Shown here in pieces: positions 13,106-25,008 of a DNA stretch of 64,000 nucleotides (position 1 is the first letter of the stretch; each line of letters begins with the position of its first letter). The notes under the pieces are model-generated. The model saw only the letters and a list, made by a program, of their open reading frames with translations, did not search any database and was not told the origin of the DNA. Origin of the DNA: Escherichia coli (GTDB lineage Bacteria > Pseudomonadota > Gammaproteobacteria > Enterobacterales > Enterobacteriaceae); assembly GCF_048403405.1 (NCBI RefSeq), contig NZ_CP183129.1; one strand, given 5' to 3'. The translations under genes were made by a program, and so were the position numbers.

Positions 13106-13180
13106 GCCTGATGCGACGCTGCGCGTCTTGTCAGGGCTACGGTGATTCATCGGATACGCCACTCTGACGGCGCATCCGAC
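13106..13180. repeat. REP-type palindromic elements between gpmA and aroG
   Basis: gcctgatgcgacgctgcgcgtcttgtcagggctac matches the REP consensus seen again at 48.5 kb; a second imperfect palindrome cggatacgcc...ggcgcatccg follows. Confidence 0.6.
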
Positions 13181-13189
13181 AATTAAATC

Positions 13190-14242
13190 TTACCCGCGAC
13201 GCGCTTTTACTGCATTCGCCAGTTGACGTAATAGAGCATCGGTATCTTCCCAGCCGATGCAGGCATCAGTGATGCTCTTACCGTAGGCCAGCGGCTCCCC
13301 GCTCTCGAGGCTCTGATTGCCTTCCACCAAATGGCTTTCCACCATCACGCCAATAATGGCCTTTTCGCCACCGGCAATCTGCTGGCAAACGTCAGCACAA
13401 ACATCCATCTGCTTTTTGAATTGTTTTGACGAGTTAGCATGGCTGAAATCGATCATCACCTGTGCTGGCAGGCCTGATTTGTTCAGCCCTTCTTTCACTT
13501 CAGCAACGTGCTTCGCGCTGTAGTTAGGCTCTTTACCACCGCGCAGAATGATATGGCAATCGCCGTTACCGCTGGTATTCACAATCGCCGAATGCCCCCA
13601 TTTCGTTACGGACAGGAAGCAGTGCGGCGCACCGGCGGCATTAATGGCATCGATAGCCACTTTAATCGTACCGTCGGTGCCATTTTTGAAGCCGACCGGA
13701 CAAGAAAGACCAGACGCCAGTTCGCGGTGCACCTGCGATTCCGTAGTACGTGCGCCAATTGCGCCCCAGCTCATCAGGTCAGCGAGATATTGTGGGGTGA
13801 TCATATCGAGGAATTCACCCGCCGCTGGCAGACCGCTGTCGTTAATATCAAGCAGCAATTTACGGGCGATTCGCAAACCGTCGTTGATCTGGAAGCTGTT
13901 ATCCATATGTGGATCGTTAATCAGCCCTTTCCAGCCCACCGTGGTACGCGGCTTTTCAAAATAGACGCGCATCACGATTTCCAGCTCATCTTGCAGCTCT
14001 TCACGCAGCGCCAGCAAGCGAGTGGCATACTCTTTAGCCGCGACAGGATCATGAATTGAGCACGGGCCAATCACCACCAACAGGCGATCATCATTGCCTT
14101 TCAGGATCTTATGGATCGCTTTTCGGGCATGGGCAACCGTATTCGCGGCATTTTCAGTAGCGGGGAATTTTTCCAGCAATGCGACAGGAGGAAGTAACTC
14201 TTTGATTTCTTTGATGCGTAAATCGTCGTTCTGATAATTCAT
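13190..14242 (-). CDS. aroG: Phe-sensitive DAHP synthase
   Basis: 350 aa, MNYQNDDLRIKEIKELLPP...; recognised as AroG. Confidence 0.95.
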   Translation of the reverse strand: MNYQNDDLRIKEIKELLPPVALLEKFPATENAANTVAHARKAIHKILKGNDDRLLVVIGPCSIHDPVAAKEYATRLLALREELQDELEIVMRVYFEKPRTTVGWKGLINDPHMDNSFQINDGLRIARKLLLDINDSGLPAAGEFLDMITPQYLADLMSWGAIGARTTESQVHRELASGLSCPVGFKNGTDGTIKVAIDAINAAGAPHCFLSVTKWGHSAIVNTSGNGDCHIILRGGKEPNYSAKHVAEVKEGLNKSGLPAQVMIDFSHANSSKQFKKQMDVCADVCQQIAGGEKAIIGVMVESHLVEGNQSLESGEPLAYGKSITDACIGWEDTDALLRQLANAVKARRG

Positions 14243-14312
14243 GTCTGTTCCAGTGTTGCCATACTTATCTTAGTGAATGCAATACTTCCAATCTATATCT
14301 TCCGTCAGAATG

Positions 14313-14330
14313 TGTAAACGGGGTTTTACA
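14313..14330 (-). promoter_or_regulatory. TyrR box upstream of aroG
   Basis: Perfect TGTAAA-N6-TTTACA (tgtaaacggggttttaca) about 70 bp upstream of the aroG start. Confidence 0.6.
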
Positions 14331-14557
14331 CTATGAACGGATTAATCCTGGAATTAGCAAGAAAAACGCCAGATTGTCGCGAAAAACGAGATCTCTCCTA
14401 CAATTTCTAACTGTAACTCCTTTGTTTGTTAATTATTTCAAGATTCTCTGCTGCGTTTCATAACCTGGCTGAAATCTTAAACCAATGCCTTATATTCACC
14501 TGCAAATGCACTGTTGGAAGAGGTTATCCGACATAACGACCATAACAGGAGCATCCT

Positions 14558-14938
14558 ATGAAAATGACAAAACTGGCCACACTATTTCTGACTGCCACTC
14601 TAAGCCTTGCCAGCGGTTCCGCACTGGCTGCCGATAGCGGAGCGCAAACTAATAACGGCCAGGCAAACGCCGCAGCTGATGCGGGCCAGGTAGCCCCTGA
14701 CGCCCGTGAAAATGTCGCGCCAAATAACGTCGACAATAACGGGGTAAATACCGGTTCTGGCGGCACAATGCTGCATTCGGATGGTTCTTCAATGAACAAT
14801 GACGGCATGACCAAAGATGAAGAGCACAAGAACACCATGTGCAAAGATGGTCGCTGCCCGGATATCAATAAAAAAGTCCAAACCGGTGATGGCATCAACA
14901 ATGATGTCGATACCAAAACCGACGGTACCACGCAGTAA
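14558..14938 (+). CDS. ybgS: Secreted low-complexity protein YbgS
   Basis: 126 aa with signal peptide and an N/G/D-rich sequence; recognised as YbgS by sequence and synteny. Confidence 0.85.
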   Translation: MKMTKLATLFLTATLSLASGSALAADSGAQTNNGQANAAADAGQVAPDARENVAPNNVDNNGVNTGSGGTMLHSDGSSMNNDGMTKDEEHKNTMCKDGRCPDINKKVQTGDGINNDVDTKTDGTTQ

Positions 14939-15051
14939 CCCTGCGAAATAGCCAATAATGGGAGAGCGGAGTCTCTCCCTTTTAATTTTTCCCTTCTAAA
15001 AGCAGTATGATGTCATAAAGTTAAGTGAGAATAATTAAGGGATGACTCGTC

Positions 15052-15993
15052 ATGGCGCACTCACACTCACACACTTCCTCACACCTGCCAGAAGATAATA
15101 ATGCTCGTCGCTTGTTGTATGCTTTCGGCGTGACTGCCGGGTTTATGCTCGTAGAAGTCATTGGTGGTTTTCTTTCCGGTTCTCTGGCATTGCTGGCCGA
15201 TGCGGGTCATATGTTGACCGATACTGCCGCCCTGCTTTTCGCCCTACTCGCAGTGCAATTTTCCCGTCGTCCTCCCACCATTCGCCACACTTTCGGTTGG
15301 CTAAGATTGACCACGCTCGCGGCGTTTGTGAATGCCATCGCCCTGGTGGTGATTACTATTTTGATTGTCTGGGAGGCGATAGAACGCTTCCGCACTCCGC
15401 GTCCGGTCGAGGGCGGCATGATGATGGCAATTGCCGTGGCTGGGCTGCTGGCAAATATACTTTCTTTCTGGTTACTTCATCACGGCAGCGAAGAGAAAAA
15501 CCTCAACGTGCGAGCAGCGGCACTGCATGTGCTCGGGGACCTGCTGGGTTCGGTTGGGGCTATTATTGCCGCGTTGATTATTATCTGGACCGGCTGGACA
15601 CCTGCTGACCCCATTCTCTCAATACTGGTGTCGCTTCTGGTTCTGCGTAGCGCGTGGCGACTGTTGAAAGATAGCGTGAATGAATTACTTGAAGGTGCAC
15701 CGGTATCGCTGGATATCGCCGAACTGAAGCGTCGTATGTGCCGGGAAATCCCGGAAGTCCGCAATGTGCACCATGTACATGTATGGATGGTAGGCGAGAA
15801 GCCGGTGATGACGCTGCATGTGCAGGTGATCCCGCCACACGATCACGATGCCTTGTTAGATCAGATCCAACACTACCTGATGGATCACTATCAGATTGAA
15901 CACGCCACTATTCAGATGGAATATCAACCTTGTCATGGGCCAGACTGCCACCTGAATGAAGGGGTGTCTGGCCATTCACATCATCACCATTAA
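15052..15993 (+). CDS. zitB: Zn(II) efflux transporter, cation diffusion facilitator family
   Basis: 313 aa; His-rich N and C termini ([11 protein letters not shown]..., ...GHSHHHH) and CDF transmembrane core. Confidence 0.93.
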   Translation: MAHSHSHTSSHLPEDNNARRLLYAFGVTAGFMLVEVIGGFLSGSLALLADAGHMLTDTAALLFALLAVQFSRRPPTIRHTFGWLRLTTLAAFVNAIALVVITILIVWEAIERFRTPRPVEGGMMMAIAVAGLLANILSFWLLHHGSEEKNLNVRAAALHVLGDLLGSVGAIIAALIIIWTGWTPADPILSILVSLLVLRSAWRLLKDSVNELLEGAPVSLDIAELKRRMCREIPEVRNVHHVHVWMVGEKPVMTLHVQVIPPHDHDALLDQIQHYLMDHYQIEHATIQMEYQPCHGPDCHLNEGVSGHSHHHH

Positions 15994-16709
15994 TGGGACA
16001 GCGCGCGTGAACCTCTTTCGCGTGCGCTGTTGATCCACATCCGGCTGCCGTTGAGGGCAATAAAGGTCAGGATGATGTACTCCAGAGACATGGCGTAAAC
16101 GCCCTGAAGTGCAAAAATAACGACGCTAATCACGTTAATAATCACCCACAACAGCCAGTTTTCCACATACTTACGCGTCATCAGAATCATTGCCACGATA
16201 GATAACACCATCATGCAGGAATCCCAGAACGGGAAAGCGTCCGGCTGTAGTTCAGGCATCGCAACCTGTAATCCTAATGCTTGCATGATCATGACTGCCA
16301 CGCGGGTCAAAAATGCAAACACCGGATTGATAAATACCGTCATCAGACCAATCGAAACAACGCAAACCGCCAACCAGCTTAGCGCCTTCGGCAATGGCAA
16401 CCAGCGAATTTTCAACTCCGCCTCGTTCTGACTGGTTTGTCGCGACCACGCATACCAGCCGTAAATATTCGCGGCAAAGAAAAACACCTGTAATAGCAGG
16501 CTGGCATACAGCTGAATCTGAAAGAAAATAATGCCAAACAATGTGACGTTGATCAGGCCAAAGAAGTAGTTGCTGATCTTCTCCAGACTGGCAAGGCCAA
16601 TACACAGCAACCCGGCGATCGTGCCTACCGCTTCGATCCATGAGAGATCATAACCGCCTGCTCCTATTGGTATATGTACCAGGATATTCTGCACACTAAA
16701 AAAATCCAT
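15990..16709 (-). CDS. pnuC: Nicotinamide riboside transporter
   Basis: 239-aa membrane protein; recognised as PnuC; convergent with and overlapping the zitB 3' end. Confidence 0.93.
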   Translation of the reverse strand: MDFFSVQNILVHIPIGAGGYDLSWIEAVGTIAGLLCIGLASLEKISNYFFGLINVTLFGIIFFQIQLYASLLLQVFFFAANIYGWYAWSRQTSQNEAELKIRWLPLPKALSWLAVCVVSIGLMTVFINPVFAFLTRVAVMIMQALGLQVAMPELQPDAFPFWDSCMMVLSIVAMILMTRKYVENWLLWVIINVISVVIFALQGVYAMSLEYIILTFIALNGSRMWINSARERGSRALSH

Positions 16710-16746
16710 CTTTCCCCCAAAGCGTAACGTTACGCCTTATTATTCG

Positions 16747-17790
16747 TTATCCACGTAGTGTAGCCGCAAAATCCAGCATACGATTGAGCGGCACCAGCGC
16801 CCTCTCTCGCAGCCTTTCCTCAACATGAACCTCGTGATTGCTTCCTTCCTGTTCTAATGCCTCTGCGATGGCCTGAAGGCCATTCATGGCCATCCACGGA
16901 CAATGCGCGCAGCTGCGGCAGGTTGCACCCTCACCAGCGGTTGGTGCTTCCAGTAACTCTTTATCTGGCACCGCCTGCTGCATTTTGTAGAAAATACCCC
17001 GATCGGTTGCCACAATAAGCCTCTGATGTGGCAATGTTTTCGCAGCAGCGATCAGTTGACTGGTGGAACCGACCGCATCCGCCATCTCTACAATAGCTTG
17101 TGGTGATTCTGGATGCACCAGTATGGCAGCATCCGGGTATTCTTCTTGCAAGCGGGTTAACGCCTGAGTCTTAAATTCATCATGCACAATGCAGGCACCC
17201 TGCCAGCATAAAATGTCTGCGCCCGTCTGTTTTTGCACGTAACGCCCCAGATGTTTGTCGGGTGCCCAGATGATTTTTTCACCCAAACTATCCAGATGAT
17301 CAATAAGTTCGACGGCAATGCTTGAAGTTACCACCCAATCTGCCCGCGCTTTTACCGCAGCAGAAGTGTTGGCGTAGACGACGACAGTATGATCGGGATG
17401 GGCATCGCAAAATGCGTTAAATTCTTCAACAGGGCAGCCGAGATCCAGTGAACATTCAGCCTGAAGTGTCGGCATCAGAATTGTTTTTTCCGGACTGAGA
17501 ATTTTGGCGGTTTCTCCCATAAATCTCACCCCAGCGACTAACAACGTAGAAGCGGGATGCTTTGCACCGAAGCGCGCCATTTCCAGAGAATCAGAAATAC
17601 AGCCACCGGTTTCTTCTGCCAGTTGTTGAATTTCGGGATCGGTATAGTAATGGGCAACCATCACCGCATTACGTTCTTTTAGCAGACGTTTTATCTTCTC
17701 GCGGTAATACGCTTTTTCATCAATGCTTAACGGCGTCGGCTTCGGGGGGAAAGGATAAATCGCCGTGTCTGGATCAAACATCACGCTCAT
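16747..17790 (-). CDS. nadA: Quinolinate synthase A
   Basis: Start set at [18 protein letters not shown] (347 aa) rather than the first ATG of the ORF; recognised as NadA. Confidence 0.93.
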   Translation of the reverse strand: MSVMFDPDTAIYPFPPKPTPLSIDEKAYYREKIKRLLKERNAVMVAHYYTDPEIQQLAEETGGCISDSLEMARFGAKHPASTLLVAGVRFMGETAKILSPEKTILMPTLQAECSLDLGCPVEEFNAFCDAHPDHTVVVYANTSAAVKARADWVVTSSIAVELIDHLDSLGEKIIWAPDKHLGRYVQKQTGADILCWQGACIVHDEFKTQALTRLQEEYPDAAILVHPESPQAIVEMADAVGSTSQLIAAAKTLPHQRLIVATDRGIFYKMQQAVPDKELLEAPTAGEGATCRSCAHCPWMAMNGLQAIAEALEQEGSNHEVHVEERLRERALVPLNRMLDFAATLRG

Positions 17791-17861
17791 CTTACCATCT
17801 CGTTTCACAGGCTTAACGTTAAAACCGACTTAAGCGTGATATTCGCTATTATCGGCGTAAT

Positions 17862-17881
17862 TTGTTTTATATGCTAAACAA
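17862..17881 (-). promoter_or_regulatory. Candidate NadR operator upstream of nadA
   Basis: Inverted repeat ttgttt-N8-aaacaa (ttgttttatatgctaaacaa) about 80 bp upstream of nadA, resembling the NadR TGTTTA...TAAACA dyad. Confidence 0.45.
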
Positions 17882-18035
17882 GATAGTCGAATGGTGGGGA
17901 AAAGTCACTCGAATTACGTATGAGATGACGAATGCCACACTTTGCGTCTTATTCCTCCGACGTAGAGTTGTTTACGCAGCAAGCGCGGAGTATGTCATCA
18001 GGGTTAAGCATTGAAATTGAGAGATGCCTGAATAG

Positions 18036-18064
18036 CAAAAAAGCGCCTTTAGGGCGCTTTTTTA
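18036..18064 (-). terminator. Terminator of the Lys/Val tRNA operon
   Basis: aaaaaagcgcc-ttta-gggcgctttttt hairpin flanked by T/A runs on both strands. Confidence 0.65.
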
Positions 18065-18066
18065 CA

Positions 18067-18083
18067 TTGGTGGGTCGTGCAGG
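18067..18083 (-). pseudogene. 17-nt remnant of a tRNA-Lys 3' end
   Basis: tggtgggtcgtgcagga is identical to the 3' terminal 17 nt (read as reverse complement) of the intact tRNA-Lys copies, then diverges; it abuts the operon terminator. Confidence 0.5.
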
Positions 18084-18165
18084 ATGACTCGCTTCGCTCG
18101 CCCTACGGGCCGTTGCTGGCGCAACGTTATCCTTCACGCTTAACATCTGAGTTTGATGTTAAAAT

Positions 18166-18241
18166 TGGTGGGTCGTGCAGGATTCGAACCTGCGACCAAT
18201 TGATTAAAAGTCAACTGCTCTACCAACTGAGCTAACGACCC
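18166..18241 (-). tRNA. tRNA-Lys (anticodon UUU)
   Basis: 76-nt match to E. coli tRNA-Lys read on the minus strand (GGGTCGTTAGCTCAGTTGGTAGAGC...CACCA); encoded CCA. Confidence 0.95.
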
Positions 18242-18244
18242 GAG

Positions 18245-18320
18245 TGGTGGGTGATGACGGGATCGAACCGCCGACCCCCTCCTTGTAAGGGAGGTGCTCT
18301 CCCAGCTGAGCTAATCACCC
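18245..18320 (-). tRNA. tRNA-Val (anticodon UAC)
   Basis: 76-nt match to E. coli tRNA-Val (GGGTGATTAGCTCAGCTGGGAGAGC...); 3-nt spacer from the neighbouring tRNA-Lys. Confidence 0.95.
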
Positions 18321-18371
18321 GATACTGCGCTGGATACTACAAACTACTTCCACCGAACCCACCGTAATTAG

Positions 18372-18447
18372 TGGTGGGTCGTGCAGGATTCGAACCTGCG
18401 ACCAATTGATTAAAAGTCAACTGCTCTACCAACTGAGCTAACGACCC
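18372..18447 (-). tRNA. tRNA-Lys (anticodon UUU)
   Basis: Identical copy of the tRNA-Lys sequence. Confidence 0.95.
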
Positions 18448-18449
18448 GG

Positions 18450-18525
18450 TGGTGGGTGATGACGGGATCGAACCGCCGACCCCCTCCTTGTAAGGGAGGT
18501 GCTCTCCCAGCTGAGCTAATCACCC
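18450..18525 (-). tRNA. tRNA-Val (anticodon UAC)
   Basis: Identical copy of the tRNA-Val sequence; 2-nt spacer. Confidence 0.95.
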
Positions 18526-18560
18526 GATACTACGCTGGATACTACAACTAACTAGGTTAG

Positions 18561-18636
18561 TGGTGGGTCGTGCAGGATTCGAACCTGCGACCAATTGATT
18601 AAAAGTCAACTGCTCTACCAACTGAGCTAACGACCC
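18561..18636 (-). tRNA. lysT: tRNA-Lys (anticodon UUU)
   Basis: Promoter-proximal copy of tRNA-Lys in the array. Confidence 0.95.
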
Positions 18637-18800
18637 ACTTTTTCGTTGCTTTCGGTTTGTTTGATATCCCGTGGCAACGGCGGCATATATTACTGATTTC
18701 AGACTTGAGTGCAACAAAAATTTCGATGTAGATCACTCAACTGCTTATGATTCGCACGACACGACCAGAAATAATGCGACTTCTGGTCGTGTGTTATGCA

Positions 18801-19592
18801 TTACATCGCGTTCAGACGTTTTTGTGCCTGTTTAGCGCCATCAGTACCAGGGTATTTACTGATAACCTGCTGGTATACGGCTTTCGCTTTTGCGGTGTCA
18901 CCTTTGTCCTGCATGATGACACCGACTTTAAACATCGCATCTGCAGCCTTTGGCGACTTCGGATAGTTTTTTACTACCGAAGCAAAATAGTACGCCGCAT
19001 CATCTTTTTTACCCTTGTTGTAGTTTAACTGACCCAGCCAATAATTGGCGTTTGGCAGGTAAGTTGAATCAGGGTAATTTTTGATGAAATTCTGAAATGC
19101 CACCATTGCGTCATCCTGGCGGGATTTATCCTGCACCAGCGCAATTGCTGCATTGTAATCCGTGTTTGCATCGCCGCTTTTCACCGGCGCGCCAGCATTC
19201 GCAGTACCAGCATCAGCTGTCGGCGTCGTTGATGCCGCCGCACCGCTTTGATCACCGCTGGTTGATTGCGCCGCTGCACCACCGCTGCTGAGGCTATCGA
19301 TCTGCAACAGGATCTGCTTTTGCCGCTCCACGACCTGATTCAGTTGATACTGATTTTCCTGAATCTGACCACGCAGGGAATCAATATCGGATTGATTATC
19401 AGAGAGTTGTTGCTGGAGTTGGGTTAAAAGCTGGCTGTGAGCATTTGAAATACGCTCAAGTTGAGTGACGCGGTCTTCGACCGAGCCTGAGCCGACACTA
19501 CTGATTGGTGCCTGAGCAAAAGCGGCCCAGGGGGCCGCTATACCAACCAGTAACGACAGACTCAATAGTTGATGTCTGAAGTTACTGCTCAT
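18801..19592 (-). CDS. cpoB: Cell division coordinator CpoB (YbgF)
   Basis: 263 aa; signal peptide, coiled-coil and C-terminal TPR repeats; last gene of the tol-pal cluster. Confidence 0.93.
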   Translation of the reverse strand: MSSNFRHQLLSLSLLVGIAAPWAAFAQAPISSVGSGSVEDRVTQLERISNAHSQLLTQLQQQLSDNQSDIDSLRGQIQENQYQLNQVVERQKQILLQIDSLSSGGAAAQSTSGDQSGAAASTTPTADAGTANAGAPVKSGDANTDYNAAIALVQDKSRQDDAMVAFQNFIKNYPDSTYLPNANYWLGQLNYNKGKKDDAAYYFASVVKNYPKSPKAADAMFKVGVIMQDKGDTAKAKAVYQQVISKYPGTDGAKQAQKRLNAM

Positions 19593-19601
19593 GCAATTCT
19601 C

Positions 19602-20147
<546 letters not shown>

Positions 20148-20157
20148 TTAATTATTA

Positions 20158-21450
20158 TCACAGATACGGCGACCAGGCAGGGAATTTGACCTGTCCATCA
20201 GTTGCCGGAAGACGCGCTTTGAAACGCCCATCTGTAGAAACCAAATTCAGCACGGATCCCATCCCCTGAGAAGAGCTGTAGATTACCATAGTGCCGTTAG
20301 GTGCCAGACTTGGCGTTTCATCCAGGAACGTGGACGACAGAACTTGTACGCCTCCCGTTGCCAGATCTTGTTTGGCAATGTGCTGCTGCCCACCATTGGA
20401 GCTGACCATTACCATAAATTTACCGTCGCTGCTGACATCCGCATCCTGGTTCTGCGAACCTTCCCAGGTAATACGTTGTGGCGCACCGCCGTTGATATTC
20501 ACTTTATAAACCTGTGGACGACCGGCCTGGTCAGAAGTAAATGCCAGGTTCTGGCTGTCCGGGAACCAGGTCGGTTCGGTATTGTTACTGCGACCATCCG
20601 TCACCTGGCGGATCTGACCAGAAGCCAAATCCATTACGTACAGGTTCAGACTACCGGTTTTCGACAAGGCGAATGCCAGTTTGCTGCCGTCTGGCGAGAA
20701 TGCAGGTGCACCGTTGTGACGCGGGAATGAAGCCACCTGACGTACAGCGCCATTTGCCAGCGTTTGGATGACCAGCGCGGAACGACCGCTTTCGAAGGTC
20801 ACATAAGCCAGTTTAGAACCGTCTGGTGACCACGCCGGAGACATCAGCGGCTGCGGTGAACGGTGAACGACAAACTGGTTGTAACCGTCATAGTCAGATA
20901 CGCGCAGTTCATACGGGAACTGACCGCCGTTGGTCTGAACAACGTAGGCAATACGGGTACGGAACGCACCTTTAATGCCGGTCAGTTTTTCAAACACTTC
21001 ATCACTGGCGGTATGACCAGCATAACGCAGCCACTGCTTGTTCACTTTGTACGAGTTCTGAGCAAGTACAGTACCCGGTGCGCCGCCAGTGTCAACAAGT
21101 TGATAAGCAACATTGTAAGAACCATCCGGATTCGGAGTGACCTGACCGACAACTACAGCGTCAATGCCCAGTGCGGACCATGCAGCTGGTTGTACTTCCT
21201 GCGCACTACCCGGCTGCTGTGGCAGACGAGCGCGATCTAACGGATTAAATTTACCGCTGTTACGCAAGTCAGCAGCAACGATGCCGCCAATATCTTCAGG
21301 TGCCGCACCAGGACCCGCCCACTGGAAAGGAACAACACCAATAGGACGACCGGAATCTACACCGCTGTCGATCACAATGCGGACTTCAGCATGCAGAACT
21401 GATGCCCACAGTATGAGAAAACCAAATGCTACTCGTAATGCCTGCTTCAT
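20158..21450 (-). CDS. tolB: Tol-Pal system periplasmic protein TolB
   Basis: About 430 aa beta-propeller protein; recognised as TolB. Confidence 0.95.
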   Translation of the reverse strand: MKQALRVAFGFLILWASVLHAEVRIVIDSGVDSGRPIGVVPFQWAGPGAAPEDIGGIVAADLRNSGKFNPLDRARLPQQPGSAQEVQPAAWSALGIDAVVVGQVTPNPDGSYNVAYQLVDTGGAPGTVLAQNSYKVNKQWLRYAGHTASDEVFEKLTGIKGAFRTRIAYVVQTNGGQFPYELRVSDYDGYNQFVVHRSPQPLMSPAWSPDGSKLAYVTFESGRSALVIQTLANGAVRQVASFPRHNGAPAFSPDGSKLAFALSKTGSLNLYVMDLASGQIRQVTDGRSNNTEPTWFPDSQNLAFTSDQAGRPQVYKVNINGGAPQRITWEGSQNQDADVSSDGKFMVMVSSNGGQQHIAKQDLATGGVQVLSSTFLDETPSLAPNGTMVIYSSSQGMGSVLNLVSTDGRFKARLPATDGQVKFPAWSPYL

Positions 21451-21582
21451 CATATCTCCCTTATCTGGACCGATGGCCCACGATAATTTAGCAGAATGTT
21501 AACAAACTAAAATACACAAAACTACCAGAACCCCGTGGCAACCGGTGCCTGATGTTGACCGTCGGAACAGTCAACATCGCGA

Positions 21583-22848
21583 TTACGGTTTGAAGTCCAA
21601 TGGCGCGTTTTTGAACACTTCATATACTGCCTGGCTTGGTGGTTTCGGGATCTTCGCAAGTTTAGCTGCTGCCAACGCAGCCTGACAAAGTGCGGGATCG
21701 CCACCTTCAGGTTTGATATCCAGTAACATACCATCGGGTGCCAGTTTTATGCGCAGCGTACAGGTTTTGCCTGCATAGGACGATGCGTCATAGAACTTAC
21801 TTTCGATAGCAGATTTAATCTGCCCGGCATAGTTATTGATATCGGCCCCTGATGCGCCATTGTTTTTAGTATTACCACTCCCGGCTGGCGAAGCATTGTT
21901 CCCTTTCGCCCCTCCCCCCGTTTTCGGTGCATTCTTACCAGAGCTTAGCTCACCGAAAATATCATCTGCCTCTGCGGCAGCTTTTGCTGCAGCGGCTTTT
22001 TCAGCTGCTGCTTTTGCAGCTGCCGCTTTTTTGTCTGCGGCGGCTTTTTCTGCCGCTGCTTTCTTATCAGCTGCTGCCTTTTCAGCAGCCGCTTTTTCTG
22101 CTGCTTTTTTGTCGGCTGCAGCTTTCTCTGCTGCCGCTTTCTTATCAGCTGCAGCCTTTTCAGCAGCCGCTTTCTTCTCAGCTTCTGCTTTGGCTTTTTC
22201 AGCAGCTTCAGTTGCCGCTTTCTTTCTTGCTTCAGCTGCAGCTGCTTCTGCCGCTTCCGCTTTCTTCTTCAGTGCCGCCGCGGCTGCCTCGACTTTTTTC
22301 TGCGCTTCGGCTGCGGCTTTGGCGGCTTCTGCTTCTGCTTTTTTCTTCGCGTCTGCAGCCGCTTTCTTCGCAGCTTCTTCCGCAGCTTTAGCATCCGCTT
22401 CGGCCTTCGCTTTAGCATCTGCCGCCGCTTTCGCTGCCGCTTCTTCCGCTTGCTTCTGCTTTAACTCGGCCTGTTTTGCGGCTTCTTCAGCCTGCTTTTT
22501 CTGTTCCTGAGCAGCTAACCGCTCTTTCTCAAGTTGCTTCAGGCGTTCCTGTTCAGCCGCTTGTTTCTCACGCAGTTCTTCAGCAGCCTGCTGTTCCTTC
22601 ATCTTGCGCTGCTCATCAGAACGCTTCGCGCTTGATTCCTGGCTTTGCATGCGTTTGTACTGCTCAACTACCGCACCTGAATCAACCATGACAGCGTCGA
22701 TGGATGAACCACCGCCGCCTCCGGCTGAAGCTTCTATATTCTCATCGAACGAACTCCAGATCAGCGCCGCAAATAAGATGACATGCAGCACTGCTGAAAT
22801 AATTATCGCCCGCTTGAGCTTGTCGTTTTGTTCGGTTGCCTTTGACAC
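21583..22848 (-). CDS. tolA: Tol-Pal system protein TolA
   Basis: 421 aa; N-terminal TM anchor, long Ala/Lys/Glu-rich helical domain II, C-terminal domain III. Confidence 0.93.
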   Translation of the reverse strand: MSKATEQNDKLKRAIIISAVLHVILFAALIWSSFDENIEASAGGGGGSSIDAVMVDSGAVVEQYKRMQSQESSAKRSDEQRKMKEQQAAEELREKQAAEQERLKQLEKERLAAQEQKKQAEEAAKQAELKQKQAEEAAAKAAADAKAKAEADAKAAEEAAKKAAADAKKKAEAEAAKAAAEAQKKVEAAAAALKKKAEAAEAAAAEARKKAATEAAEKAKAEAEKKAAAEKAAADKKAAAEKAAADKKAAEKAAAEKAAADKKAAAEKAAADKKAAAAKAAAEKAAAAKAAAEADDIFGELSSGKNAPKTGGGAKGNNASPAGSGNTKNNGASGADINNYAGQIKSAIESKFYDASSYAGKTCTLRIKLAPDGMLLDIKPEGGDPALCQAALAAAKLAKIPKPPSQAVYEVFKNAPLDFKP

Positions 22849-22912
22849 TCTCGGTTTCCAAAAACTGTTCGCCTGTTACCCGCTCTCTTTCAAGCAAGGG
22901 AAACGCAGATGT

Positions 22913-23341
22913 TTAGATAGGCTGCGTCATTAAACCAACCGATTTCACACCCGCACTATGTAACAAGTTCAGTGCTTTAATTATTTCATCGTAAGGCACA
23001 TCTTTTGCGCCACCGATCAGAAAGACCGTTTTCGGGTTGGCCTTGAAACGGCTGGACACTTCCGCCACCACCTGCTCTGGTGGCAAACGCTCCAGGCGAT
23101 CTTTCTCAACCACCACGGTGTACTGACCAATACCAGACACTTCAACAATCACTGGCGGATTATCGTTACTGCTAACCGCCTGTGATTCAGTAGCGTCTGG
23201 CAGATCGACCTCCACGCTCTGGGTGATGATGGGCGCTGTCGCCATAAAGATCAGCAACAGCACCAGCAGTACGTCCAGCAACGGTACAATGTTGATTTCG
23301 GACTTGAGATCGCGACGACCTCGTCCACGCGCTCTGGCCAT
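22913..23341 (-). CDS. tolR: Tol-Pal system protein TolR
   Basis: 142 aa, ExbD/TolR family. Confidence 0.95.
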   Translation of the reverse strand: MARARGRGRRDLKSEINIVPLLDVLLVLLLIFMATAPIITQSVEVDLPDATESQAVSSNDNPPVIVEVSGIGQYTVVVEKDRLERLPPEQVVAEVSSRFKANPKTVFLIGGAKDVPYDEIIKALNLLHSAGVKSVGLMTQPI

Positions 23342-23344
23342 GGC

Positions 23345-24438
<1,094 letters not shown>

Positions 24439-24587
24439 TTTACATCCCGGTAATGCAACAAAAGTTAGAGCTTTTAAACGCTGCTACTATACGCGCGCGA
24501 TTGAGGTTTGGGAATGAGGGCAAGTTAAGGGAGCGTAAAAATTTATGGGCCTGGAGCGGCCCATAATTTTTTAAAGAGAATTCTGAT

Positions 24588-24881
24588 TTAAAAGAAGAAG
24601 AAAATCAGCCCGACAATGAGAACAATATCAGCAAGCAATGGGCAAAAAATCCCTTGCCAAAGAACCGTCTGCGGACGAAAGCCCACGCCGTGAATCACAC
24701 CAGCACAGACGGCCCACATCAGCAATAAACCATGCCAGATTTCCAGTTCACTGGTCTTCGCGGCGAAACGTGATGGGTCCCAAAACATACATCCGGCTAA
24801 CAGAAGCGCCATCACGAAGGAAAGCGCCCGCAGGGGGCGCTTGTCCATTACCGCATACAAGGTTGCGATAATCTTACTCAT
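24588..24881 (-). CDS. ybgE: Small membrane protein YbgE (cyd operon)
   Basis: 97 aa hydrophobic ORF downstream of cydX. Confidence 0.85.
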   Translation of the reverse strand: MSKIIATLYAVMDKRPLRALSFVMALLLAGCMFWDPSRFAAKTSELEIWHGLLLMWAVCAGVIHGVGFRPQTVLWQGIFCPLLADIVLIVGLIFFFF

Positions 24882-24994
24882 CAGATGTCTTCTTGACCGG
24901 CTTTGCCTGATTCGACGTGCTCAAGCGCCAGCGCGGTGATTACCCCAAACGAACAGGCAAGAAGCGTTCCCAGAATCCATGCGAAATACCACAT
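24881..24994 (-). CDS. cydX: Cytochrome bd-I accessory subunit CydX (37 aa)
   Basis: Hand-translated MWYFAWILGTLLACSFGVITALALEHVESGKAGQEDI; its stop overlaps the ybgE start; below the ORF-track cut-off. Confidence 0.85.
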   Translation of the reverse strand: MWYFAWILGTLLACSFGVITALALEHVESGKAGQEDI

Positions 24995-25008
24995 TTTTAG
25001 CTCCTTAC

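Noticed and set aside
16252-16641. 129-aa minus-strand alternate-frame ORF and a 72-aa plus-strand ORF inside pnuC
   Set aside because: They are overlapping frames within a confidently identified membrane-protein gene, with no independent start signals.
21836-22510. Long plus-strand ORFs (224 aa and 154 aa, Ala/Ser/Phe- or Leu/Gln/Pro-rich) overlapping tolA
   Set aside because: These are antisense or alternate-frame readings of the repetitive Ala/Lys/Glu-rich domain II coding sequence of tolA; low-complexity repeats keep frames open artefactually.
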